The translations under genes were made by a program, and so were the position numbers. Of a stretch of DNA of 64,000 nucleotides, positions 1-63,300 are shown in pieces (position 1 is the stretch's first letter; the number at the start of each line of letters is the position of its first letter). Below the pieces are notes generated by a model, which saw only the letters and a program-made list of their open reading frames with translations, was not told where the DNA came from and did not search any database. The stretch lies in the NCBI RefSeq assembly GCF_964204645.1, contig NC_134025.1, positions 13,206,001 through 13,270,000 of the forward strand. Reading direction: 5' to 3'. The stretch is from Tubulanus polymorphus (lineage: Eukaryota; Animalia; Nemertea).

Positions 1-359
1 AGTCAAATTCTTTTGAGAAGCTGATAATATTCTATGATTAATTTTGAAAGATATCATGGGAAATTTTGGAAATGCAGCTTTGGTTTGTATACACATCCAT
101 ATAGAGGACCCATCCTCACAAGAAGAATTGTGTCAATCAGATTCAAGATGTCTATTGTCATTATTTACCTGAATCCTAGAGCCTGTAGCTGCTTTGTGGT
201 TTACTATATCACATGGAAATTTCAGAAGGGAACTTGAACATGCTCTTTAACATTGGTTTCTTTATATGTTCACCAGGGTGCTTTATATGTTGAAATTGTC
301 TGATTTTCAAGCAGTTTACAAGTTTCCAAGTGGGCATGGTCTCCTCGGACCTCTAGTTT
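1..359 (+). mobile_element. Diverged R1-like 3' part
   Basis: Ends CCAAGTGGGCATGGTCTCCTCGGACCTCTAGTT. Confidence 0.65.
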
Positions 360-1689
360 TCTAAGTCAGTGACTGATTACGTTCATGTCTATCTGGATTT
401 CTTATCAAGAAGAGTTTTAATTAACAGCCTTAGAAATACATGGCCGCTGAGATGTCATTATTTCAGAATCGTAGTAAATCAGGTTTTCATTTCCTTATCA
501 AATAGGCATTATGTAAATAAATGTAATGTCTGAGATTAATATCTGGAATCTCAGGTTGACAGTGTTTCGAATGATTGCCGGCATCCTCTTAAACCAACTG
601 TGTCAGGGTCAAATTCCCTTTCACTTCAAGTACATGTACTTCTGATGATGCAGATGCAATATAAGGAAAGAAAGCACATAAGTCATGCTATGGCAGAAGA
701 TGCATATATGAAGTGCCCAAACATGATTTGATTCAGACAGGTCCAGGTAAAAGATTGAATGACTACTATTTTGCTAGGTTATCTGCATCGTTGAAATCAT
801 TATGACATTTAGGCCGGATTTTTTCATAGTCATACATGGTTTATCTCGTACCGGTATGTACAGTTCTTTATATGATAACTAATAATTGTATTGTAATCAA
901 TATGCTGCTGAGTTAAAGAGGTTTTCTCGTAATGCTAACTTATTTTTGTGTAGGTAAATACGGCAACTGTAATATGATTTATCTGTGGTGTCTATTACTT
1001 ATTTCAAGTGTTTACCTCGCTAATGAAGCGAAAGTTTATTGTTGCCTAATTCAAAGAGGTATTCTCGATCATGTTTGATTTTAGATAATTGTTGATTTCC
1101 AAGCAGCCCCATAAGCATTTTGCACATTTTACTGAATTCGGGAATAATGTTAAGTTGATTGAAATGCACTTTTGACAGGAAATGTTGTATAAAGCTCAGC
1201 TTTCAGTAAATTTAAAAGTTTTCTTTATTGTATGTAACTTGTAAGTCAAGTAGATTGAAGTGCCAATTTTGTGTGTAATTTGTTGTTGTTTTTTTTGTTT
1301 TGTTTTGTATAAATATGTATAATATGTATTTATCCATCAACTTACTCATTGTAGGTCTTTCCATCCTGTCCTTCTAACTTGTAGTCCTTCATAGAATGAA
1401 ACAAAATTTTCTAAGCATGTGAGAGAAAGGCTGGCTTCTAGAAGTTCCCTGGCAAATTATGTATACCTGGTAACTAAAAATCTCCTATACCGGTACCTGG
1501 TATAAATACAGTGAAACTTACCAAAACATTGGATGCATTTAAATCCGATCATTTTTTAATAGTATTTTGATAAAGAACTATTTTTAACACGAGTACAGAA
1601 TTTTCATTTTCATTTCAGGAAAAATTAAGTTTTTTTTAAGGCACATTACTGAAGAGAGGCTTATTCTGCAAAATAATCATTTGTTTATC

Positions 1690-2577
1690 CTTGGGCTTAG
1701 GCTGTGTGAATTCACTTTTTGTCCATCATTGGGGCAAACATTCATTATTAATAGAAAAAATTTAGCTGACTTGGGGCTAAGCAGAATCAAGATGGCTGAC
1801 TGGCAGCTATTTTTGCCAGGCAAAATCAGGACTTTTTACTTAGCTTTCATGATGTTTCAATTGTTTCGAAGTTTGGTATGTATGTAATGTGGTTAGATAT
1901 AAAATCCTATGATGATTACAAATTATGCGGAAAAACAGTAGAAACAAAGTGTAGTGAGCTATTACACGATCTCATAAAATCATCACTTCTTGTATATTTT
2001 TTTACTTTTCAAGGGAAATTTTGAAGACTGATCACTTGTTTTGAAGTTTGGCATATATGTATCCCCCCTGGCCCTAGGGCCCATCATTATAAGAAAATGG
2101 GTCAATTGGAAACAAAATGGCCATTCTGGAGATCTGTCTAGAAATTATTGGCTTTTGTTGGTCATTCGTGCAGTATCCTGTGTTATGCTAACTAGCCACG
2201 TGTTCTGACTGAATGTCGCAATGACAACGTTTTTTATTTTACCCAATGATATGTTGTTTAGTATGAAAAAGTCAGATTGTGAAGCATTTTACCAAGAGGC
2301 TTGGTATGCCTGGACCAGACCCCTTAGTTTATTCAATCTTGATATCTGCGAGTTCACACATGTTAACCAGTGCATTGAATAAACCTACTACACGTATTTC
2401 CATTTATATTGGTACTTACCGGGTAATAAATATTTTGTTATCACAATTTATTGCAAAATTGGAGCCTATGGCATGTTTTTAAATTTGGTGCGTTTAAGCA
2501 TTGTTTCTGTATATCTAAGTCACCCATCGAATTCACCCATCAAACACAGTAGGTATGATGTCTCCGGACCGCTAGTT
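1690..2577 (+). mobile_element. Diverged R1-like remnant
   Basis: AATCAAGATGGCTGACTGGCAGC at about 1785; R1-like end GGACCGCTAGTTT. Confidence 0.55.
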
Positions 2578-4238
2578 TACAATTACCTTCAGTTTTAGTG
2601 AGAATGAATTTGAATAAATTAGCTGTATGTACAAGTTTCTTTACTTCTTACGCAAGTATGGCTACATATGTGATTGCAAATTACGATTTTCTAAAGGGTA
2701 GATTTTGATAGCAAGAAATAACTTCATAGTTCATGGAGCTGCATGTTCAGTTATTTTGTTAGTGCCTTTTTCATGTTTATAAGTGAAATGATATTGTGTC
2801 GCCATCATTTAGTCATTGTTTGTATAATACCGTAATTTCCCTTCACATACGATTGAAAATTGTTTCATACTATACTGACATTTGGCTAAATCGCACATTA
2901 TGGCCATCGTTGTATCAGAATTATCTCTAGATTAAGAACATGTATTGCACAGTTCCTACCATTGGTTTGATAAATATAATATTTTGTCCATAAATCTTGC
3001 CGTTAATCCTTACGATATGAAATTCCTTGAGAGCAAGACACAATCATTGAAATAAATTGATTTGCATACCTTAAAGCTTCACACTCAACATTAATAAAAT
3101 TTTGTTACCGCACAACATGAATTATGTGCGTTATCTGTATAGTTAAATCTCAATACCTCAACTACTATATGTGAAAACATGAAGAAAAATCAGGTAGCTA
3201 AATTTGATATCAAGTATTGAAATAATCAATGTGAAGTGTACTATCTTTTTAGCTTCTTAGATCATGCTAATCATTTAGTAGAAACATACATTGTTTACGC
3301 GAGATCTATAAAGCTTTCCTTAGCAATCCTCTACTGTGAAATTTATCTGACGCAAATTTTGCTTTGGTAGGTTACAGTTTAAAAATTTCAAGAACAAAAA
3401 TCTCAACGTATGATTCTATAGAACTGTACCTATGGAAACTGGTACTGGCCATTTTTGGAATAGGAACAGTTTTCTGAATGAATGTACAATATATCATTGG
3501 AATTTGTATGTGAAAGTGGAAGTGGTCCAGCCTATATTTTGATGACAATGTAGGTGCACCATCAAATCAATTGTAGAAGATTCGCAAGCCTTGACGTTAA
3601 TAATTACTAAGTAAGTATGTGGCATGGAAAAACAATTGGCATCATTGACTCATGGCGATAAAAAAGAACGAAAAAAAACTATTGCATTACCTTGAACCAT
3701 GTGCCAGTTGAACTTAGGCTGGGCACCCATATTTTTTATATTGATCTGTGCTTGGAGGTTTTGCTTTGATATTTGCAACAAGTTTCTATATTACTTGAAA
3801 GTTCTATCATATCAATGCATCCAGGTAAAGTATTCGTGCACTGACTGGATATTTTCCACATATTTCTACATAATTCAAGGTTTATAACTTATCCCTTCAT
3901 TTCACAAATAAATGTGGATGCATATTCATGCAATATGCTCGTACAACTTAGTCTGAACCTCAAAATAAAGTAGAAATTTTGATTTTCTTATGTGGAATGA
4001 ATGTTGAAAAATTTTCAAATGAAAGGATAACAATCTTTAAGACCTCTATCAAGTCCGCCAAAAGAAATGAATTATGTAAATACCATGACAGCGATCAGTT
4101 AGAACCAGGTGAAGGTTATCACTGTTGCAAAAATTGTTTTAAAAGTGAAAGCCTAAATCTTTTTTTCTAATGTAAATATATTCTTGGTAAAAAATAAAAT
4201 GTAAAGGCAGTCTTTTTGAATTTCTGCCCAATTAAAAT

Positions 4239-5330
4239 ATTTAGCCCACCTGGGGTTAAGCAGGCTATCACATTCTCTTTTTGTCAGTCTGTTGGTCCGT
4301 TTGTCCCTGCATGGAATCCAAATATTTAGGCCAGTCATAGACCGAGCCTATCGCTATACAAATGGAGTAAATTTAAATGCTGTGATTTCTACATAGAAAG
4401 CTTTCTCACTGTGCAACTAAGCATATATTCATGAAAATCATGTGGTTGTTTGCAAATGTATTTGTATTTTCAGAAAGCGCATCAAATCCAATTCAATTTT
4501 ATTCTGCATGAATCAAGAATTTTGCATTACTCTACATAATTCATGCTATGATGCGTAGTCTTGATATTTGGTTTATTCGTGCATAGTCTATCGCGTTTGC
4601 ATTGCAATTGGTACTGGAAATGACCCATTTCGCTTTGTTTAAGCATTGTATAGAATCGAGTGAGATGTTTGCGTGTGAGCATGCTCTCTAATTTGAGCAA
4701 GGGTCAAATTTGGCTCGAAGCCTGATGAGTGCCAATTCATAGGCGGATACAGGGGGTCACACCTGCAGCATGTGCCACCCTTGAATTTTGCTAGTGTCCT
4801 CAAAAATCCTATAAAGTGTATGTTCCAACTGCCAGAAATTCAGAAAAGGCTCCCAATTTTTTGCCATTATATCACAACCTGGCTAAAGAGAGTTACACAA
4901 GCAGTGGCAAATAATTGCTGGTCATTTGTTTTAAAATCACTCTTGACACCTCGAAAATGATCTGTATTTTCAAAATTTTCACTGTTCATGTATATACCAT
5001 TGGGCCAATGATGTTTTGGGACGTGTCTTCTATATTCCGTGCCTTCGGCCTCGTTAACAATACATATGCCCTTTTGAATTAGTGCCCCTGGATCCGGGAG
5101 TGGATCTACCCCTGCAATTTCACCCAGGGCAATTTATCTCCGAATGATCGTGGCTTATATCTATATTGAATTGTGAAGTTGTAATAGGCTCTCGCTTATT
5201 ACATGTTCTTTAATTGCAGTGAGTCTTAAAATCTCGGGTTTCTGTATTTATTCACCAAGGGTTGTTGAATATTGAAATTGCTAGGTTGTCAAACATTTCA
5301 TTAAGTGGGTATGGGTCCCTGGACGCCTAG
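4239..5330 (+). mobile_element. Old nested cluster: R1 head, R2 head (from about 4325), 5-bp-TSD MITE, R1 tail
   Basis: AGCCCACCTGGG...GGCTA head; AGGCCAGTC...TATACAAATGG; tail AAGTGGGTATGGGTCCCTGGACGCCTAG. Confidence 0.55.
4738..5114. mobile_element. TIR MITE with a 5-bp TSD
   Basis: CATAGGCGGATAC / GGATCTACCCCTG; TSD CAATT. Confidence 0.6.
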
Positions 5331-5389
5331 CTTACATATTTACCAGTAACAAATAGATTTCAAAAAATAAACATGCTTCATTGAACGTA

Positions 5390-5686
5390 CAGTCAAGCCT
5401 GCATAAGGCATGGATGTTTATGACATATGTAAAATCCTACGTATGAATTTTGCTTCGTTCTCGTTCGGTTATTTTTATTAAGATGAATATAAGTGACCCT
5501 GTTTTTCTACGTGTTCTGATAATTTGGACCTTAAAATGAGCAACTTGTCCAAGATCTATCTTATTCATATGACTTACGTGTAAATGTTCATAGGCTTGAT
5601 GAAATTGTATAACAGGTTACTAAATTGAAAATACAAAATATGTAAAAATCTCAAATATTCTGATGCGACTTATGCAGGCTTCATTG
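5390..5686. mobile_element. Tc1/mariner MITE
   Basis: TA-CAGTCAAGCCTGCATAAG ... CTTATGCAGGCTTCATTG-TA. Confidence 0.7.
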
Positions 5687-8209
5687 TATTTGGACCTGGG
5701 TTCACTTAAAATGAGGGTTTTCATTCGCTGAATTCTTTTAAGAGGATTCTTGTACAGTTTGTAAGTACATAGCAATTTGCTAGTTGTTGCGATACTATCT
5801 CCAGGTTTCTAACAAAACTGCAGTTAAGTTAAGATTACTGGGCTTAATGGTACTGGTAGCAAATAATTTCATGGAACCAGCAAAAATACAGTATTTTGTA
5901 ACTTTCCAAAGTGTTATGCGGTTTTCCACCAATTTTATTGACTCGCAACATCACAGTACATGTACATGTATGGTGGCGCATGAAAGTGCTAAATAAGAAA
6001 CCTATTATTGAAAATGTTTTAATTATAAATGCTTTGTCATGTATGCATTTATGCCATATAACAGTCATTTTATAAATAAATTATTTAAAACGCATAACAA
6101 TCATTGTTAATCTTAATGCCTCAATCCATTTTAGGTCAGCCACATGTTATTTGGTTCTTAAACCACACAGAAAATCCCGCTGGCCTTGGGTTCAAATCCT
6201 GCCTTACGAATTCACGTTTGGAAATATATGTCAAATATATGATTGACTCGACTCGTGACTTATATATTATTATAAGAAATGTCTATTTTGGAACAATGGT
6301 GTAGAAAGACTCGGAAGAAAATGCCAGACAGTAATGGTATATGGTGAGAGGACAACGCCAATATTACCGAAGTGAATTACACTTAGAATATCCGTTGATT
6401 TAAAATGATGTCTTGAAGAGCGAGTTTAGGTTTCCTGTACACCACAGGTGTGGCGAAGAAGCCGCCTTACTTGTTGGCAGACCTTATCTTGGTACTGTTT
6501 GGATGGTTACACGTAAAGAAGACTCCCAGTGGCAGATAATCTTTTGCAAATCAGTGCTCTTAGATAATTTTTTCTGATTCTTCACACATTGGAAAAGGAA
6601 AATTAACATACATATTTCTGGTTTTTATAGTTCAGAATATAAAGTAAATGCTACATCACACGTTGGTGTTCTACAAATTCTAGCGCGTTCATCCTTGTCC
6701 AAAAAACTTTCGGCGGTATTCTAACCCGGTTAACAAATCGTAGCACAAATATATTTGGCTTCGGTTCACGTTCGGATGTACGACGCTTGCAAGGGCTTGT
6801 GGTATGGTAATATATATTTTGTTCTCCGCTGCGAAATATTGAGTTTTTAATCGCAACAATTTGGCTGTGGTAATAACTATATTTTTTTTAAAGTCAAAAA
6901 TATCGTCTTTTTTCATTTCTAGTAATTCAAATCGGAAGCTAGGAGAGAAATATCGCCCTTGCCAAGGTCGAGGTGATCGGGAAGCGCAAAAAGCAGTCAG
7001 GTTCGGCGCTTCTTGTAAATTGGCGGCTGATAAATCTATCATCAAACCAATTTTTTTCGAGGTTCAGAGCCATTTCGACCCAAATAATCCTACCGGGGGT
7101 GGGGAATGTTGATGGGCACTATACGTGTTCATAAAGACCAGTCAGGGAAGAATATTGCATTGTTCGCGGGACTTATGGTTGAAGTAAACATTGGTCCCAG
7201 AAATGTTTTGAAGACTACATAGATTATTGGAGGGGCTCATATCCCCCTCAAGCGGCAACTTTGATTATGCATGTTTTTGTGCTTAAGACTGGCGCTTTGG
7301 CAACGTCGCGATTTTGTCTCCGTTGTACACTAGTATTGACTGAAAGAAATCATCATCTCAATGGGTGTTCTTTTTAGATTACGGTGTGTATAAGTAAACA
7401 TACTGTAGGACATGGTAGCACGAGTTAACGACTTAAAAGACTTTAAAGACACTCAAATTGCCCAGGTCGGGCGCAGAATTTCATTAGTATTTAAGAATTT
7501 AATCTTACTTCGGATCACGAAGTGTTGAAGTGACTTGGCTCCCTTTTTATCCAAAAATGATCGTCCACCGGGTATTCAATATAACTGCACATTCCGACAC
7601 CGTCTCTTCAAATCAAATCTCCTCAAAATTCAGGACATCATCTTAAAACTCAAATCTCCTCTTTCTATACATCACATCAAACCGTTAATCAAATCTCTAG
7701 TTTCTTCACGTGAAAACCTGTCATCACAATTCAACTCGTGTCGATTTGCAACTTGATCGCTCGTACAAAACATCTAGGCCTAACTGAAAATATTCAATCT
7801 TTCCCTAGACTTTGCCACCTCCAGTCTCACAAAACAAAAACACAAAATAAGTCATTTCCTTCTATACAGATCATAGAACTCAGAATTCTATGCACAGATA
7901 TAACTTTTGCAACAATCCAACGAGTTAAAAGTGAACCTCACTTTTCGTCGTCGGTTGTCCCCGTACACCTACATTCGTACCGTATAATGGGTCCTGTGTC
8001 TCCCTCTTCGTTATGTGTAACCCATCTTCCAGCATTTCTTCAAAAGTTATCATAGAATTGTTATGTTGTATGAACTTACACCTTAAACTCGTTTTTTTGT
8101 GAGAGGTCCCTCTCGAGTTTTTAATGGATTGACAAAAAATCGGTGTCGGTACACCATTAAAAATATCGAACAAAATCTACAACAGAGTCAATCCTACGGA
8201 AGCCCCTAG

Positions 8210-8964
8210 TACGGAAGCCCCTAGGTGACATATGAGATAATTTTTTTCATAATTTCGACTTATTAAGTCGAATTTCGACATAATAAGTCGAATTTCGACT
8301 TAATAAGTCGAATTTCGACATAATAAGTCGAATTTCGACATAATAAGTCGAATTTCGTGTTAATTAAGTCGAATTTCGACTTAATAAGTCGAAATTCGAC
8401 ATAATAAGTCGAATTTCGTGTTAATTAAGTTGAATTTCGACTTAATAAGTCGAAATTCGACATGAAAATAAAACTCGAAATTCGACTTAATTAACACGAA
8501 ATTCGACTTATTATGTCGAAATTCGACTTAATAAGTCGAATTTCGACTTAATAAATCGAATTTCGACTTAATAAGTTGAATTTCGACATAATAAGTCGAA
8601 TTTCGTGTTAATTAAGTCGAATTTCGACTTAATAAGTCGAAATTCGACATAACAAGTCGAATTTCGTGTTAATTAAGTTGAATTTCGACTTAATAAGTCG
8701 AAATTCGACATGAAAATAAAACTCGAAATTCGACTTAATTAACACGAAATTCGACTTATTATGTCGAAATTCGACTTAATAAGTCGAATTTAGACTTAAT
8801 AAATTGAATTTCGACTTAATAAGTTGAATTTCGACATAATAAGTCGAATTTCGTGTTAATTAAGTCGAAATTATTTTCGAAATTCGACTTATTATGTCGA
8901 AATTCGACTTAATAAGTCGAAATTGTGAAAAAAATTTCTCGTATGTCACCTAGGGGCTTCCGTA
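8210..8964. mobile_element. Younger IS3EU-like copy nested in the left TIR of the outer copy
   Basis: Perfect TIR TACGGAAGCCCCTAGGTGACATA; 6-bp TSD CCCTAG at 8204-8209 and 8965-8970. Confidence 0.82.
8250..8925. repeat. 20-21-bp palindromic minisatellite (AATTTCGACTTAATAAGTCG) inside the IS3EU-like element
   Basis: About 30 units; higher-order duplication of about 248 bp (CATGAAAATAAAACTCG at 8461 and 8709). Confidence 0.95.
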
Positions 8965-9369
8965 CCCTAGTGACACACAAGATTTAATTTTTTTCACAAT
9001 TTCGAATGTCGAATTTCGACTTATTAACTGCGAAATTCGAATTATCAAGTAAAAAATTCGACGTATTCTGAACGTTCGAATTTCGACTTATAATGCCGAA
9101 ATTCGACCGATTAAGTGGAATTTCGAGTTTTCTTTTCATGTTGAATTTCGACTTATTATGACGAATTCTGTGTAATTTTCATGTAGGCCTAGGCCTAAAC
9201 TTATTATCTCGAAATTCGACATAAAAATAAGTCGAAATTGTGAAAAAATATCTCGTATGTGACCTAGGGGCTTTCGTATGCGTACAATCCCTATTTTAAG
9301 ATCAAAATGTAAATCCTAGCTATTATTTAAGTGGCATTACGCAGGGAATCCTATCATTTCCATTTATAG

Positions 9370-9410
9370 TACTAACTTCCACGTCACTGTTCGCGGTGCA
9401 ACCCGGCAAA

Positions 9411-9418
<8 letters not shown>
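9370..9418 (+). promoter_or_regulatory. Putative NSF core promoter / 5' UTR
   Basis: ACTTCC (ETS-like), ACGTCA (CRE half-site) and AAAATGGCG (YY1-like, overlapping the ATG) cluster in a CpG-containing patch. Motif match only. Confidence 0.3.
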
Positions 9419-58997
<49,579 letters not shown>

Positions 58998-59577
58998 TAC
59001 CGCGTATATAGATAAATAGATGGATAGATAGAACATGTTTTAAATGGTATTCATCAAGCACCGAGAAAATTATCAAATATCAACAGTTGTCATGTAAATG
59101 CTTCCTTAGTATTGCTTGGATCACCACCATCCTGACAGGTTGCTTATAGCTGCCAATTAAGACAATTATTAAAAAGAAAACTTTTGTCTTACTCGGTAGT
59201 GTTTGGATTATGAATATTTCATCGAATTGGCCTGATGCGGAATTCTAAGAAAGAACTCCGAAAGAATTTCTCCATGGCTTGATAATTTGCAGCAGTGAAC
59301 AGTGCCATAATGGTATATCTGGGCCGAGTCATTGCGACGACGAGTGATTACTAGCTACTGTAGATGAGGAGCTTTTGGCAACCAATCATTATCAATGATT
59401 TCCCGAGTACATGTATTTCTTAATTATGCATTTATGTCTCGAAATATGCAATGAGTTAGAAAAATTAACAACATGAATTAATGAGGTAGCATTCCAATCG
59501 ATTAACTGCCTTGTATAATCAGTACCACTCTTTGAGTGAGTTGCTTTGAGGTAATTTAATGCGAATGTACTGTAGTA

Positions 59578-60197
59578 CAGTAGACTCCTCTCAACTCTAA
59601 TCCTAAAATCCGTTCAACTCGGCAAATGTTGAAAGTTTTTTTCTGTCTCCTATGTTGAATCATACATTTAAATTCACTCTACTCGAAATTGCTCAACTCG
59701 AATATTCGTTCAACTCGAACTATTTTTTACCAAAATTACGTTCAAACTCCTCTCAACTTGAATATCTTAACGACCTCCTGGCAGCAACAACAAGCGTCGG
59801 TTAAAAACATGCACGTGTTCACTGCTTTGATTAGTAAGCTACCGGTAGTATACAATACATCGCTGATGGAGACATTCAGTGATTCGTACGTACACAATCT
59901 CTAGCTTGGTTAGCTATCCTAAATACCTGAAAATTAACGGCCCATTGCCCGTTCACTTATTAAAAAGTTCACTTCGGTAATACGGCAAGCGGCAGTTCAT
60001 GATCTTTCATTTTTTTTCCGCACCAAGTAAAATTACTTATATTTTAGATCTCATTGTCAAACAAGGATCGAATGTTTTATTGAGGTTCAATTCTTCAATG
60101 ATTTTTACCAATTTCGTCAAAACCCCAACTCGAATTCCGCCTAACTCGATGATTTTTTTTCTGGTCCCAATGAATTCGAGTTGAGCGGAGTCTACTG
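59578..60197. mobile_element. Tc1/mariner (pogo-type) MITE
   Basis: TA-CAGTAGACTCCTCTCAACTC ... GAGTTGAGCGGAGTCTACTG-TA; internal AACTCGAA repeats. Confidence 0.82.
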
Positions 60198-63100
60198 TAT
60201 CATGAGAATCTGTTATTGTGAAACATTCTCTGACCTCTAGGGGTTAAAGCCCATACCGGGTAGAAAGGCTGACTGCGAAAAGGCTTTTCTCATATTTCAA
60301 ATAAATGAAACGGGTGGCAAAGGAGGAATACATTGCTTTTGTGATCTATCTATCTTGTTTACTTCATCTAGTCAATTTGGGCTTTAGCCTTCATACGTCT
60401 AATTAAATGGAATCTGAATATTTTGATTTTAAGAGAGAACTGCATCTGTAGCTATGAATCATTCCATTTTACTGTAGACTCTGATACTTCTATTACATTT
60501 CCATTTTTGTAGATTTTCAGAACTTTGCACTTGTGTGCGTATACATTTATCATTATAGTTGATTGTACGTATTCAATTCACCTGAAATTGTAGCCAGTTC
60601 TCATAGCTATCTTGATTTCGTTGTTTATGACAATTCTTCCAACATTCAATAGATCATATTGATTGTGATATTGAAGGAGAGATGAACACAAATATTGTTG
60701 TTGCTTTTTGAATTGAATTTAGTTATCAGGTTTGAATTTGTGTGATGTTGAGACTGAACCTAAAATTTCATCCAAAATAAGAAAATCCCATCAATTTAGA
60801 AAATGTTGGTTCATAACGACAGATTTTCTGGTCCCCCGGAATTCATTGCTAAGTTCCAATGTACTCGTATACAAACGAACCCTTGATTACTGGACCAGTA
60901 GTTTGTAGTCTGTTTCCCTGTGTGATTAATTACTGTTTGCTGAAGGGAACATTATGAGGGTCCCTCTATACTTATAGCCCATATCAACGTAGCGACTAGA
61001 AGAGATTATTTAACTATACATAGAAATAAGTAAGAACTAATATGATTTACTATGTCAGCTGATTCGGTGCATAGAAAGAAATCGAGTATGGCCCTAACAG
61101 CAGATACCAGTAATCGTGTTGGCCTGCAAAAACTTCTTGTACAAGAGAACAATAAATTTGTGTAGGGTCGTACTGAGAATTTTAATCCTATCGTCTGAAT
61201 TGGCTACAATAATTTCCATTAGTTAGTGCTGTTTTCATGATATATCCTCAAAAGTATGTACGTATACACTTATTAGTCTTGTAGATTTTTGTACATTTGA
61301 ATTAATCAATCAAAAAGTAATGATTTAATGATCACCGAGAATTTTCAGTGCCTATAATTGATATGTAGGTATAATATAATTGTTTGAATATCCGATTTAT
61401 TTGTCATGACATAAGTATCCATCTCATGGGCTAGAATAGAGGATTTACAATATCATGTCATCTGAATTTAGGCATGAAAATGTCATCATTCAAGTAATCC
61501 TATTCAAAGACTTGCAGCATGTTAGTAACGATGATGCTTTTGAATGTCTCCTCTTTTCCTGAATGTCTCCTTTGAATATCTCGGTATTAGACCGAACTAA
61601 ACTACACAGTTGAAATATGACTCAAATCATCAAAAAGTGAACTAATTTCGACATTCAAGTGGAATTAAGTCCAATTAACTGACAATCTAATGAACTGAAT
61701 TCACTATTTCATCTGAAACTTGTGTCATGACGGACGTTGCTATCAAAATTGATTGCAAGTCCTACTATGGTTTAACCATGGATTCTAAAAACGTTCGAGT
61801 CCATGGATTAGTTAATAATTGAACAGACATGGTGACTAAAAACGATGCCAAATTCAAAATCAGACTGTGTTTTTCACTTGTTTTTTTTCTCTTGAAGACA
61901 GCTGTTATAGATTCAATAAATGAAAAGATTAGTCAATTTACATTTATAAAATTTTGTCGTTATTTTTTATTTGGAAGACATCTTCAGTCAATTTCAGATA
62001 AAAGATACAGATCTTCGAATTTGTTAATATGTATTGTCTTTTATCCATGAAATGGCTCGAGCGATTAGTTGTTTTATGATTAGTACAGCGGTACTTGCTA
62101 CAGTAAACCTTGCGAAAGTAGGATAATCGCTCACGTCGGATGAAGTCCGGATTTTTCTTTTTCGATGAAATCTATATCGCACAGTCGGAAACTCGCCTAT
62201 CTCATAATTCTTTTCTTGGTACCAAAATAAAAAATCAGAATCACTTTTTCCTCATTGCTATGCTGTTTGATTTCGTTCCGACCGCTGTTCCTGGCCTGAA
62301 ATCGACGATACAAGTCAACGGTCGTTATCTTAGTTGTGGCTAGTGTATTAGAATAGAAATATAAACCTGAAATATTTCAGTGTTTTTGAATCATTAATTT
62401 TCTTGTAGATGTTGATTTGATTTTTCCGTTTAAAGAAATTAATTCTCAAGTCGTAGTTTTCGAGGAAAGGCTGGAAATCCGACTCATTCAAAGGTGGACT
62501 TCTTCTAAGTCGGGAGGATTTTTCCTGTTCCCAAAAGATCCCACTACTTGCGCAAGGTGTAAAACTTGTACTCTTGTACTAAATCGTTGTGGAATATGAA
62601 AAAAGTAAATGCTTGCTGTAGCGTTTAAATGTTGTATGCTTGCAGAAAATGCATTGGGGATTTCGAAGAATCGCGATCCGGCAACTTGATTCAGTCATTT
62701 AGAATCATCCCATCTGATACTGATTCATCCGAATCAATCATCGACGTATTATACTGTTGCATTTTATTCGTTCGCAGATGGTTAACGTTTTGCTTATGGC
62801 ACTGTTTTTGTGTAGCGTTTACAAGTCGATCTACTTTTCTCAGAATTCTTCGTTCAGTGATTCACGGCAACTAGCGCCCTGATTGGTTCCGTGTATTGAA
62901 CATTTTCTCGTAGCCCACGAAGCAAATTACTCGTTTTGTTACTTGCGCGTTTATAACACGTCCACTTTATGACTTACAAATTCAATTACAATATCTGATT
63001 CACGGATATTCCTGGAGTATTTGTAATGCGGCAATATCAATTTCGCCGTCATTGTTCCGATAAATAACACATATTTACTACGACCAATTACGTCTGAGAA

Positions 63101-63300
63101 TCTTATGACATTTTCTGGAGAAGGGTTCACGTAAGCAAGTCATTCCAATAATTGGCGAATCTCCTTTGCAGACATCGTAGGGTCAAAAACCTTTCAACCT
63201 CCCCAAGACTACTGGCCGTCATTCCCATTTCGCTGAGATTGTCATGCAAAAGATCTTAAATAAGATGGAACTATCATTTAGACACCTAGGCAAATACCAT

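Larger units (their letters stand above)
8195..9278. mobile_element. Older IS3EU-like non-autonomous DNA transposon (outer copy)
   Basis: TIRs TACGGAAGCCCCTAG / CTAGGGGCTTTCGTA; 6-bp CAATCC at 8189-8194 and 9285-9290. TAY..RTA ends with a 6-bp TSD characterise IS3EU. Confidence 0.7.

Noticed and set aside
6290-8170. Possible divergent gene or Penelope N-terminal remnant upstream of NSF
   Set aside because: Only short ORFs, with no convincing motif or splice structure.
8250-8925. CRISPR-like array
   Set aside because: The repeats are contiguous without unique spacers, lie inside TIRs, and there are no cas genes; the context is eukaryotic.
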